A DNA stretch of 64,000 nt from positions 175,926-239,925 of the forward strand of contig JACJYC010000009.1 of assembly GCA_020636325.1 (NCBI GenBank), in the 5' to 3' direction. The notes under the pieces are model-generated. The model did no database searches, had not been told where the DNA came from, and saw only the letters and a list, made by a program, of their open reading frames with translations. The stretch comes from Lewinellaceae bacterium (GTDB lineage: Bacteria > Bacteroidota > Bacteroidia > Chitinophagales > Saprospiraceae). Within the stretch, counting starts at the first letter, position 1. The number at the start of each line of letters is the position of its first letter. The position numbers and the translations under genes were made by a program. Below are positions 45,647 through 54,085 of the stretch, piece after piece.

Positions 45647-46015
45647 CTAAAAATCAAAGTCCTTGAATTCTTCCCAGAGCCATTGGGTTTCTTCGTAAGT
45701 TGAGGCTTTGTCAGACATCAGATTGAAAGTAGCCTCGTCAGGCGAAATGCCTTGATCCTTCATTGTAAAGAGGATCTCTTTTGCCTGTTCGAAATATTCG
45801 GTTTTGAAAAGGAGCGCATTAAAAAGGAGAATATCCATTTCGACGCCATTTTCTGGGATTGTAGAAAAATACTCCGTGGCCGTTTGAAAATCCCGGGCAT
45901 TAATAATTTTCAAAGCATTCTCCCGTATGGCTGGAAAAGGGTTATCAGCAATCAATTGTAAAAATTGATCTTTTTCGAAAGATGATGCCAAGTCTATTTC
46001 GGCTTCTTCCATCAA
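45647..46015 (-). CDS. hypothetical small acidic protein in a low-GC (~40%) patch
   Basis: 122-aa ORF with protein-like composition; no motif. Confidence 0.3.
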   Translation of the reverse strand: MMEEAEIDLASSFEKDQFLQLIADNPFPAIRENALKIINARDFQTATEYFSTIPENGVEMDILLFNALLFKTEYFEQAKEILFTMKDQGISPDEATFNLMSDKASTYEETQWLWEEFKDFDF

Positions 46016-46363
46016 ATTGATAATAATGAAGCAATCGAAGTTCGCAATATTCTTTAATCCTGTCTATTCTGATGCGACCTTCCGAATCCATTTTTTCCCA
46101 TATCCATAATGGTTTGGACGCATGAAAGATTTCCCGCTCAAGTCCCCCTTCGGGCAGGGTGTTATACCGTTTTCGCATCTCATCTACAGGTACAAAAAAG
46201 CCGCCGATGGTGCCGTCAGATTGTTGGTCATGTTCTATCTTTTGGGAATAGCAATGCGCTGATCCTCAGGCGCGCAACAAAAATAAACAAAAACAAACAA
46301 AAACAAACAACGATAAACACCTCAAAACATATCCCAAAATTGAGGAACCGAGTAATCTAAACC

Positions 46364-48082
46364 TCACTCCAAACTCACCGCCCCCTCCGACGCACCCCGG
46401 CCGAATGCGCATTTCGCGCGATCCATCCCTTTGATATCCAGGTGAATGCCTGATGATTGATCGCCAAGTACGCGAACCCAGTCTGTTTCACCGGTTACGA
46501 TCTCCATTTTTTCCACCGCAACATGCTTCGTGTTGTAAAAGATCAGACCCGGGCCTGCCTGGTGACGGAGCGTAATACGCTGAAAGGAAATGCCGTCGGC
46601 GTCGATGAGGGTGAAGCCTTGCCGGGTCTCAAAGGTCGCGTCTTCCAATGTCACGTCCCGCAGGTTCATTTCGGGCAGCCCCTGGAACATGGCGGCAATG
46701 TTCGACCCCGCAACCCTGATGTTTTTGATGTGGATGTTCCGGAAGGAGGGCGTTTCTTCCGTGACGGGTACCGGCGCTTCATCCCTGGCCTCATCTTCCG
46801 GGTTCTGGTCGGCTTCCAGGATCGGCGAATTGCCGCCGTAAAACAGGTTGAACCGGATCGCCTCGGCAGGGATCCCGACCATGTCGATGTCTGAAATGTA
46901 TATATTTTCCACCACGCCGCCGCGTCCGCGGGTGCTCTTGAAGCGGAGGCCGACATCCGTTCCGATAAAAGAGCAGTGGTCCACCCGGACATTCCGCACG
47001 CCGCCCGACATTTCGCTGCCGATCACAAACCCGCCGTGTCCGTGGTAAACGGTATTGTAGGAAACGAGGACATTCTCTGTCGGCATGCCCCGTTTCCGGC
47101 CATCCGCGTCTTTTCCCGATTTGAAACAAATGGCGTCGTCCCCCACATCAAAGGTGTTATGATAGATCAGCACGTTCCGGCAGGATTCCAGGTCCAGCCC
47201 GTCCCCGTTCTGGGCGTACCAGGGGTTTCGGACCGTCAGGTTGCGGATCACCACATCCGAACACATCAACGGGTGGATGTTCCAGGCCGGCGAATTCTGG
47301 AAAGTCGGCCCGTCCAGCAGCACCGTTTTGCATTGGACGAGGCTCACCATTACGGGGCGGAGGTAGTCCTTGACGGCTTCGAACTGCGCTTTGCGGTTGA
47401 AGTCGGGTACATTGAAATTCCCGGGGGTATCCCCTTTTTTGTATTGCTCGGATGGGTACCAGGTCTGACCGTTATCGCTCAGCACGCCGCCGGATTTGAC
47501 GAGCGCTCCCCAGGCGGCCGGCGCCATTTTACTTTTTTTAACCGGGCGCCAGACGTCGCCCGAGCCGTCGAAAATACCCTTGCCGGTAAAGGCGATATTC
47601 TCCAGGTTGCGGCCATTGATGGGCGACATGCAGCGATAGGTCTCCAGGCCTTCAAAACTGGTCTCCACCAGGGGGTAATCGCTTTTGTCGGCGCTGAACT
47701 GCACAAGCGCTCCTTCCTCGGTGTGAATGCGTATGTTGCTCCGAAGCGTGATCGGACCGGTCAGCCAGATGCCGCGCGGGATCACGACCGTCCCTCCGCC
47801 TTTTTCCGCAACTGCGGCGATGGCCGCGGCAATAGCTTGGGTGTTTTTGACCATGCCGTCTCCTACCGCGCCGAATTCCGTGATGTTCACCCGGAAATCG
47901 GGGAATCGCGGCTCCTTTACCCTGGGCATGTCGAATGGGAGGCCGGCATAGAGGTCCTTAATGAATGCAGCATGATCGGTCAGGGCCTGCAACTCATCAG
48001 GCCCTTTGACCTGGTGGCATGAAAGGATCAGACAACCGAACATGGCGAAGAGGAATAACCTGGAAGGGTGTATCATGTGCAT
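46364..48082 (-). CDS. glycoside hydrolase family 28 (polygalacturonase-like), lipoprotein
   Basis: GH28 signature blocks NTD (YHNTFDVGDD), GHG (VYHGHGGFVIGSE), RFK (VGLRFKSTRGRGG); parallel beta-helix repeats. Confidence 0.8.
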   Translation of the reverse strand: MHMIHPSRLFLFAMFGCLILSCHQVKGPDELQALTDHAAFIKDLYAGLPFDMPRVKEPRFPDFRVNITEFGAVGDGMVKNTQAIAAAIAAVAEKGGGTVVIPRGIWLTGPITLRSNIRIHTEEGALVQFSADKSDYPLVETSFEGLETYRCMSPINGRNLENIAFTGKGIFDGSGDVWRPVKKSKMAPAAWGALVKSGGVLSDNGQTWYPSEQYKKGDTPGNFNVPDFNRKAQFEAVKDYLRPVMVSLVQCKTVLLDGPTFQNSPAWNIHPLMCSDVVIRNLTVRNPWYAQNGDGLDLESCRNVLIYHNTFDVGDDAICFKSGKDADGRKRGMPTENVLVSYNTVYHGHGGFVIGSEMSGGVRNVRVDHCSFIGTDVGLRFKSTRGRGGVVENIYISDIDMVGIPAEAIRFNLFYGGNSPILEADQNPEDEARDEAPVPVTEETPSFRNIHIKNIRVAGSNIAAMFQGLPEMNLRDVTLEDATFETRQGFTLIDADGISFQRITLRHQAGPGLIFYNTKHVAVEKMEIVTGETDWVRVLGDQSSGIHLDIKGMDRAKCAFGRGASEGAVSLE

Positions 48083-48196
48083 AGAGGTATATGGTTCAAT
48101 ATTGCACCCCAAGGTACTGCAAAGCGCAAAAATGGAGGAACTGAGGAATTACCACCTCCGCCAAGGCTACGGCGGTCGGGGAGGAACCGAATCCCC

Positions 48197-50533
48197 TCAA
48201 ATCCCCAAAGCCACAAATGCATCCCCGCTCCGGACCCCCAGCTTTCCGCCGCCGCATGCGATGACGATATACTGCTTGCCGTTGAGTTCATAGACCGCGG
48301 GGGTGGCGAACCCTGCTGCCGGGAGGTCCGTCTCGAACAGGAGTTGGCCGGTATGCTTGTTGAAAGCCCGGAATTTGGCATCCCGTGTCGCGGCGATGAA
48401 GACCAGTCCGCCCGCTGTCACTACCGGCCCGCCGTAGTTTTCGGAGCCGGTGCGGATGCCTTTGGCCTCAAATTCGGGGTAGCTGCCCAGGGTGGTCTTC
48501 CATTCGATCTTGCCGGTGTTCAGGTTGACGGCGCTGAGCGTACCCCAGGGCGGCTTGATGCCGGGATAGCCCTCTTTGGTCAGGAATTTGTTGTAGCCCG
48601 TGGTGCCGTAGGGCATTTTCCAATATGGATTTGAAGGTTCTTTAGGGCCCTCAAATTTTTTGGTTTGCGCCGCCTTGTCGTCGAGGACGAAAGCAGCGAT
48701 GGCGGCCAGCTCCTTGTCGTCGAGTTGCGGGAATGCCGGCATCATGCGCACTCCCGACCGCACCAGCGTGGTAAAGGCTGCACCGTCGTATTTTGTATTT
48801 GCCTCAGCGATGGACGGCACATTCCCTGCGCCCTTCCGGTCGGGGCCGTGGCAGGAGCGGCAATGGCGCGCATACAGGCGTTGGCCGGCCGTCAGGTTGG
48901 TTTCTTCGGCCGGTTCGTCGTCTTTCACCTCCACCATGGTCAGGATCCAGGGCATTTCGTTGGCGTTGACGTAGAGCAGGCCGGTTTCCGGGTCGAAAGC
49001 CGGGCCGCCCCATTCCGCGCCGCCGTCAAAACCCGGGAAGATGATCGTGCCTTCCCTGGACGGCGGAGTGAAGACATTCCCCGTTTTGTAACCTGCAAAC
49101 CGCGCTTTGAGCTCCTGGTAGGACGAATCCGGCACCAGGTCGTTCAGGTCCGCTTCCGTCACGCTTTGGCGGGCGAACGGCTCGGGCAAGACCGGATAGG
49201 GTTGGGTGGGTTTCAGGACTTCGCCGTCCAGTTCAGTGTTTGTGGGAACGGGGCGCTCATCGATGGGGTAGACCGGGTCGCCGGTCGTGCGGTCGAACAG
49301 GAAGACGAAGCCCGATTTGGTGGGCTGCGCCACGGCTTCGATCGTCCGGCCGTCCTTTTTGACGGTGACGAGCGCGGGCGCTGTGGGCAGGTCGCGGTCC
49401 CAGACGTCGTGGTGGACGGTCTGGAAATGCCAGATCCGTTCGCCGGTGTTCGCATTGAGCGCGATGAGGCAATTGGCGAACAGGTTGTCGCCGAGTCGCT
49501 TGCCGCCGTAAAAATCGAAAGAGGCCGATCCGGTGGGTACGAACAGGATGCCTTTTTCCTCGTCCAGGCTCAGGCCGCTCCACGAATTGGCGCCGCCGAC
49601 GTGCAGGTAAGCCTCGGGGTCGTCCCAGCTTTCATACCCGAACTCGCCCTTTTGCGGGATGGTGTGGAAGATCCAGCGCAGTTCGCCCGTATGCACATCG
49701 TACGCCCGGACGTGGCCCGGCGCCGCAGCCGCGGATTCATCCACCCGCATGCCGATGATGATCATATCCTTGTAAACGACGCCCGGCGTGGTATTGGCCA
49801 CAAAAAGCTCGGACACATCCCGGCCCAGCCCGTCGTGGAGGTCAATGCGGCCTTCCAATCCGAATCCGGGAATCATCTTGCCGGTTTGGGCGTTGATGCA
49901 GTACAGATAGGGGCCTGCGCCGTAAAAGATCCGCTTTTCGCCGGTTGAATCCCGGTAAAGGGTAACGCCGCGGCAGATGTTCATGGAAAAATAGCCGCCC
50001 CGCGTATCGGCCGGAGAATCGGTGAGCGGGTCAAATACCCATTTTTCGGCGCCGGTAGCTGCATCCAGTGCAAAGAGCTTGAGTTTGGGTGAAACGCCGA
50101 ACAGGACGCCGTCGGCAATGATGGGATTGACCTGGATCTGGGTCCTGGAGCTGTCGCTGTCGCCGGTATGATAGGTCCACAATACCTTGAGCCGGCCCAC
50201 ATTGGTCGTATCGATCTGCCGGAGGGAGGAGTACCGGATATTCGCTTTGCTGCCGCCGTAGACTTCCCAGTTGGTGTACGAATCCGGTTGTTCGGGGGTG
50301 CAACCGGCGAGGTAAAATACGAGTGAGAGGATGAGCGGGTGAGTGAGTGAGAGCGCCCGCCTTTGCTGGAAGTGTCGGTGGCTAAGAGGGGGGAGGACCG
50401 GGCGCACGGAGTGCGGTCGAACAAAGCAATTCCGGATGAGAAGAATCAAGTTTCTAATTTGTCCAAGGTAATTGAAAGAAAGAGCAGTACCTGAAAAGAA
50501 ACGGCGTGCCGTAGATCTGTGTTGGCTGTTCAT
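48197..50533 (-). CDS. PQQ-dependent dehydrogenase (8-bladed beta-propeller, glucose/sorbosone dehydrogenase-like) fused to a C-terminal cytochrome c domain
   Basis: Repeated PQQ motifs; CRSCHG haem-binding motif near the C-terminus. The annotated M start lies upstream of a lipoprotein-like LVFYLAGC segment, so the true start is probably an internal alternative codon. Confidence 0.7.
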   Translation of the reverse strand: MNSQHRSTARRFFSGTALSFNYLGQIRNLILLIRNCFVRPHSVRPVLPPLSHRHFQQRRALSLTHPLILSLVFYLAGCTPEQPDSYTNWEVYGGSKANIRYSSLRQIDTTNVGRLKVLWTYHTGDSDSSRTQIQVNPIIADGVLFGVSPKLKLFALDAATGAEKWVFDPLTDSPADTRGGYFSMNICRGVTLYRDSTGEKRIFYGAGPYLYCINAQTGKMIPGFGLEGRIDLHDGLGRDVSELFVANTTPGVVYKDMIIIGMRVDESAAAAPGHVRAYDVHTGELRWIFHTIPQKGEFGYESWDDPEAYLHVGGANSWSGLSLDEEKGILFVPTGSASFDFYGGKRLGDNLFANCLIALNANTGERIWHFQTVHHDVWDRDLPTAPALVTVKKDGRTIEAVAQPTKSGFVFLFDRTTGDPVYPIDERPVPTNTELDGEVLKPTQPYPVLPEPFARQSVTEADLNDLVPDSSYQELKARFAGYKTGNVFTPPSREGTIIFPGFDGGAEWGGPAFDPETGLLYVNANEMPWILTMVEVKDDEPAEETNLTAGQRLYARHCRSCHGPDRKGAGNVPSIAEANTKYDGAAFTTLVRSGVRMMPAFPQLDDKELAAIAAFVLDDKAAQTKKFEGPKEPSNPYWKMPYGTTGYNKFLTKEGYPGIKPPWGTLSAVNLNTGKIEWKTTLGSYPEFEAKGIRTGSENYGGPVVTAGGLVFIAATRDAKFRAFNKHTGQLLFETDLPAAGFATPAVYELNGKQYIVIACGGGKLGVRSGDAFVALGI

Positions 50534-50656
50534 GTTGTTAAAGTTGGTTGGTGTGAAAATTGCGATCGGGTTTATTTTTCAAACCGGAAAAACTGCTTAA
50601 TCTTGACTTGCAATTTGGCAACAAGTATAAACAGAAATTCCTTCATTTTAAAGCCT

Positions 50657-51007
50657 ATGTTCGAACGCAAGAATCAAAAACTGCTATCAAGAAAGGCGTT
50701 TTTCAAAAGGGTCATCCGGTATTTTTTGTATTCGACCTTTTTGCTGGGGGTCTCCCTCGGGGTCGGGATGGTCGGTTATCGCTTTCTGGGCGACATGGGG
50801 TGGACGGATGCTTTCCTCAACGCTTCTATGATCCTGACCGGTATGGGGCCGGTGGACGATATGAAGACCGAAGGCGCAAAGCTGTTCGCCGGGTTTTACG
50901 CGCTGTTTTCCGGCGTAGCCTTCCTGTCCGTGGTGGCCGTATTGTTCGCCCCGATTGCACACCGGTTCCTTCACCTCATGCACCTGGATACGGAAGATAA
51001 GGACTGA
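50657..51007 (+). CDS. small 2-TM ion-channel-like protein (Ion_trans_2-like) with non-canonical pore sequence TGMGPVD
   Basis: TM1, pore-helix-like WTDAFLNASMILTGMGPVD, TM2; resembles a K-channel pore module without the GYG filter. Confidence 0.4.
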   Translation: MFERKNQKLLSRKAFFKRVIRYFLYSTFLLGVSLGVGMVGYRFLGDMGWTDAFLNASMILTGMGPVDDMKTEGAKLFAGFYALFSGVAFLSVVAVLFAPIAHRFLHLMHLDTEDKD

Positions 51008-51038
51008 AGATAAACCTGTTCGACAAAATAATTGAAAG

Positions 51039-51509
51039 ATGCAAAAAACGCACCATTACAGCCTGACCATGAAATGGACGGGCAACAGAGGAGAGGGGAC
51101 AAAAAATTACCGGTCCTATGAGCGCGCCCATGTCATTTATGCGGACGGCAAACCGGAGATCCCGGGTTCGTCCGATCCGGCCTTCCGGGGCGACAAAACC
51201 CGGTACAATCCCGAGGAAATGCTGGTGGCCTCTTTATCCTCCTGCCATATGCTCTGGTACCTGCACCTCTGCGCCGTGAACGGGATCACGGTGGTGGACT
51301 ACGTCGACCAGGCCACCGGTACCATGATCGAAACGGAAGACGGCGGCGGGCGCTTTTCGGAGGTGACGCTGCGCCCCGTCATCACCATTCTGGAACAGGA
51401 CAAAATGGAACTGGCGGAATCCCTCCATCGGGAAGCGAACGCTTTGTGCTTTATTGCAAATTCCTGCAATTTTCCGGTATTGCATCAGGCGGAGCACCGG
51501 GTGGGGTGA
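51039..51509 (+). CDS. OsmC/Ohr family peroxiredoxin-like protein
   Basis: 156 aa; EEMLVASLSSCHMLWYLHLC conserved Cys block. Confidence 0.8.
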   Translation: MQKTHHYSLTMKWTGNRGEGTKNYRSYERAHVIYADGKPEIPGSSDPAFRGDKTRYNPEEMLVASLSSCHMLWYLHLCAVNGITVVDYVDQATGTMIETEDGGGRFSEVTLRPVITILEQDKMELAESLHREANALCFIANSCNFPVLHQAEHRVG

Positions 51510-51565
51510 CCGGGTGGGGCAACCACAAGGACAAGGGGTAGGGGCAACCACAAGGGGTGCCCCTA

Positions 51566-52306
51566 CTAGGGGCGGCCTTCGTTCAGCCAGCGCAGCAGTT
51601 CGTCGCGGTTGGATTCGCTCACCGGGATCTCGTGGCGGCCGATGCTGATCTGGTTGTTCCGGATGGATTCGATCTTGTCGAGGGCAACGATATAGGATTT
51701 GTGGACCCGCATGAACCCTTTTGCCGGCAATTTCTCTTCTATTCCTTTCAGCGACGATTTGGTCAGGACGGGCTTAGGAGCGCTGTTCAGGAAGATCTTG
51801 ACGTAATCCTTCATAGCCTCGATATGGGTGATCTCCCGAATATTGACCCTGACCAGGGCGTATTCCACATTGACAAAAAAGAATTCCGGGTTGGATTCCA
51901 GGGGTGGGGGCGCCGGTTGGGCAGTCGCGGGGTTTTTCTGTTTCCAGTCCTCCAGCGCCTTGTATGCGGCCTTGGTAAAGCGCTCCTGGCTCACCGGCTT
52001 CATCAGGTAGTCCACTACGTCGAGGTCGTAGCTTTCCACCGCGTAATCCGAGTAGGCTGTGACAAAGATGACCAGCGGTTTCTGCGTCAGGCCGGCCAGG
52101 AATTTGGTGCCCAACATCCCCGGCATCTGGATGTCCAGGAACATCAGGTCGATCTTTTCTTCCTGCAGGGCCTCCATCGCTTCAAACGCATTCTTGCAGG
52201 TCCGTACCAGCTCAAGGAAGGGCAACTGGCGGATGTACTCCTCCAGCAGCTTCCGGGCCATGCTCTCATCGTCAACCGCAATGCATTTTAGTTTTATGGT
52301 AGTCAT
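51566..52306 (-). CDS. LytTR family response regulator
   Basis: Receiver domain (IAVDDESMARKLL...LMFLDIQMPGMLGTKFL) plus LytTR domain. Start set at MTTIKLK; the longer ORF reads into the tandem repeats. Confidence 0.85.
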   Translation of the reverse strand: MTTIKLKCIAVDDESMARKLLEEYIRQLPFLELVRTCKNAFEAMEALQEEKIDLMFLDIQMPGMLGTKFLAGLTQKPLVIFVTAYSDYAVESYDLDVVDYLMKPVSQERFTKAAYKALEDWKQKNPATAQPAPPPLESNPEFFFVNVEYALVRVNIREITHIEAMKDYVKIFLNSAPKPVLTKSSLKGIEEKLPAKGFMRVHKSYIVALDKIESIRNNQISIGRHEIPVSESNRDELLRWLNEGRP

Positions 52307-52480
52307 TAGTCGTAAGTGGTAAGTCGTAAGTGGTAAGTCGTAAGTGGTAAGTCGTAAGTCGTAAGTGGTAAGTCGTAAGTCATAAGTCGTAAGTCGGCAG
52401 CCCCTGTTATCCAGCATCCAGCATCCAGCATCCAGCATCCAGCCAAGCATCCAGCATCCAGCCACCAGCATCCAGCATCC
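52307..52480. repeat. two adjacent microsatellite-like tandem arrays: (GTCGTAAGTGGTAA)n then (CATCCAGCAT)n
   Basis: Read directly; fills the HK-RR intergenic space. Confidence 0.8.
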
Positions 52481-52484
52481 AGGA

Positions 52485-53522
52485 TCACCTCTTCCCCCCA
52501 TGCCCGAGCCGCAGCCCGAGCCTTGCCGTAAACCACCCGTCGGCATCCTCAAAGTTCAATTGGTGTTCGTTGGGGTAGAGCAGTTCGAGCCGGCGCTTTA
52601 CGTTTTTCAGTCCGATGCCCGAGCTGCTGTCCTTGTCTTCGGCGCCTTCGGGTGCGATCTTGTTTTTTACGTTGAAATCGAGTTGATCGGCATTGTAGAC
52701 AAGCGATATGTCGATGATCGGGTCCTTTACCATACCGACCCCGTGTTTGAACGCATTTTCCACAAAAGGGATCATCAGCATGGGTTCGATGGATTGGGCG
52801 GTGCCGTCTCCCTCAATGTTGAGCCGGATATCCACGTCTTCCTCGAAGCGCATTTTCTGCAATTCGACGTAATTGCGCAGATAATCCAGTTCTTTGTCCA
52901 GGGGGACCTGTTTGTCCTGCGACTGGTACAGCATGTAGCGCATCAGCTCGGACAATTTGATGGTAACGGCCTCAGCCTGCGCCGATTTCGAACGGATCAG
53001 GTAGACGATGCTGTTGAGGATATTGAAAATGAAGTGCGGGCTGATCTGGGAACGAAGGAAGGAAACCTCGGATTGCAGGCGCTCCCGCTGCTCATCCCTC
53101 CGGACCTTTTCCTGATCCAGCAGGTAAGTGATGAAGCCGTATCCCGTACTGATGGCGGTGACAAAGAAAACCGGGACGAACGACCAGAAAACGTCCCAAT
53201 GGTGGCGCAGAAACTCCGCCGGCAGCAACCACTGTTTCAGAAACAGGTGGATGAGCGTAAAAGCGCCCAGCAGCGCGATCAGGGAAAGCAGATAACCGCC
53301 GAGCCCGCTGCGCCGGAAAACCCTTTTGATGAGCAATTCGCTGTTGATGAAAAACAAGGGAATATAAATGGCCGAAACCGGCAACATGGCAAGCAGGAAC
53401 CGCTCCATATTCTCATTCCCTCTCCCGTTGATAAACGGCAAACCATACCAGGTTACCCAGAACACAACGAGGAAGGCCAGTTTGTAGAACCGGTCCGAAT
53501 TCATCCTAAGAATGGTCGACAT
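52485..53522 (-). CDS. sensor histidine kinase, LytS/YehU type
   Basis: TM N-terminus; ISPHFIFNILNSIVYLIR phosphoacceptor block; HATPase_c. Confidence 0.8.
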   Translation of the reverse strand: MSTILRMNSDRFYKLAFLVVFWVTWYGLPFINGRGNENMERFLLAMLPVSAIYIPLFFINSELLIKRVFRRSGLGGYLLSLIALLGAFTLIHLFLKQWLLPAEFLRHHWDVFWSFVPVFFVTAISTGYGFITYLLDQEKVRRDEQRERLQSEVSFLRSQISPHFIFNILNSIVYLIRSKSAQAEAVTIKLSELMRYMLYQSQDKQVPLDKELDYLRNYVELQKMRFEEDVDIRLNIEGDGTAQSIEPMLMIPFVENAFKHGVGMVKDPIIDISLVYNADQLDFNVKNKIAPEGAEDKDSSSGIGLKNVKRRLELLYPNEHQLNFEDADGWFTARLGLRLGHGGKR

Positions 53523-53582
53523 ATATCAATTTGATCAATAACCGGTTCAAATTTAAGGAATTAAACCTAACCGGCCGGCAAG

Positions 53583-53864
53583 GTGGAGATAAACTCCGGT
53601 ATTCCGGCGATTAATGCCGGGATTGAGGCTATGATCCTGTCGATGGTCACCTTGTTTGCCCTCCACCTGATGGCAGCAATCCCCAACCCGGCGCCCTACC
53701 TGGAGTACAGCATCGAGCACGTGGAGTGGATCAAGGGGCTTTTTGAACCGGCCCTGACCATTGAAAACGGAAAGATCCCGTTCCCGGACGGTCCGGGCTG
53801 GGGCGTGCAGGTCAACCGGTCGTGGCTGGAAAAGGCCGCCTACCAGATTTCGGGGGATAAATAA
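53583..53864 (+). pseudogene. C-terminal fragment (~90 aa) of an enolase-superfamily (mandelate racemase/muconate lactonizing enzyme-like) gene
   Basis: LHLMAAIPN...EY...FPDGPGWGVQVNRSWLEKA matches the C-terminal barrel end of MR/MLE enzymes; no N-terminal domain upstream. Confidence 0.45.
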
Positions 53865-54085
53865 CCTGTAAAGAGCTGTAACTGCGGATTTTCGACGAAC
53901 GTTAAAAACTATTTTTGCAAGGCCTATCCGGGTGTCGTTTTTTTTGTGAAATTTGTCTCACCCTTCCGCAAATAACCGATAGAAGTAGCGACCTGCCATC
54001 CCCCTTTAGGTGTAACTCATTGTATGTATCTCCCGGAAACATCACTTTCCGGGGTACCTGTCTTAATGCCTAATTCTTAACCTTT

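Noticed and set aside
52307-52480. Possible CRISPR array (regular short repeats)
   Set aside because: Units are 10-14 bp and abut each other with no unique spacers, and there are no cas genes. It is a microsatellite, not CRISPR
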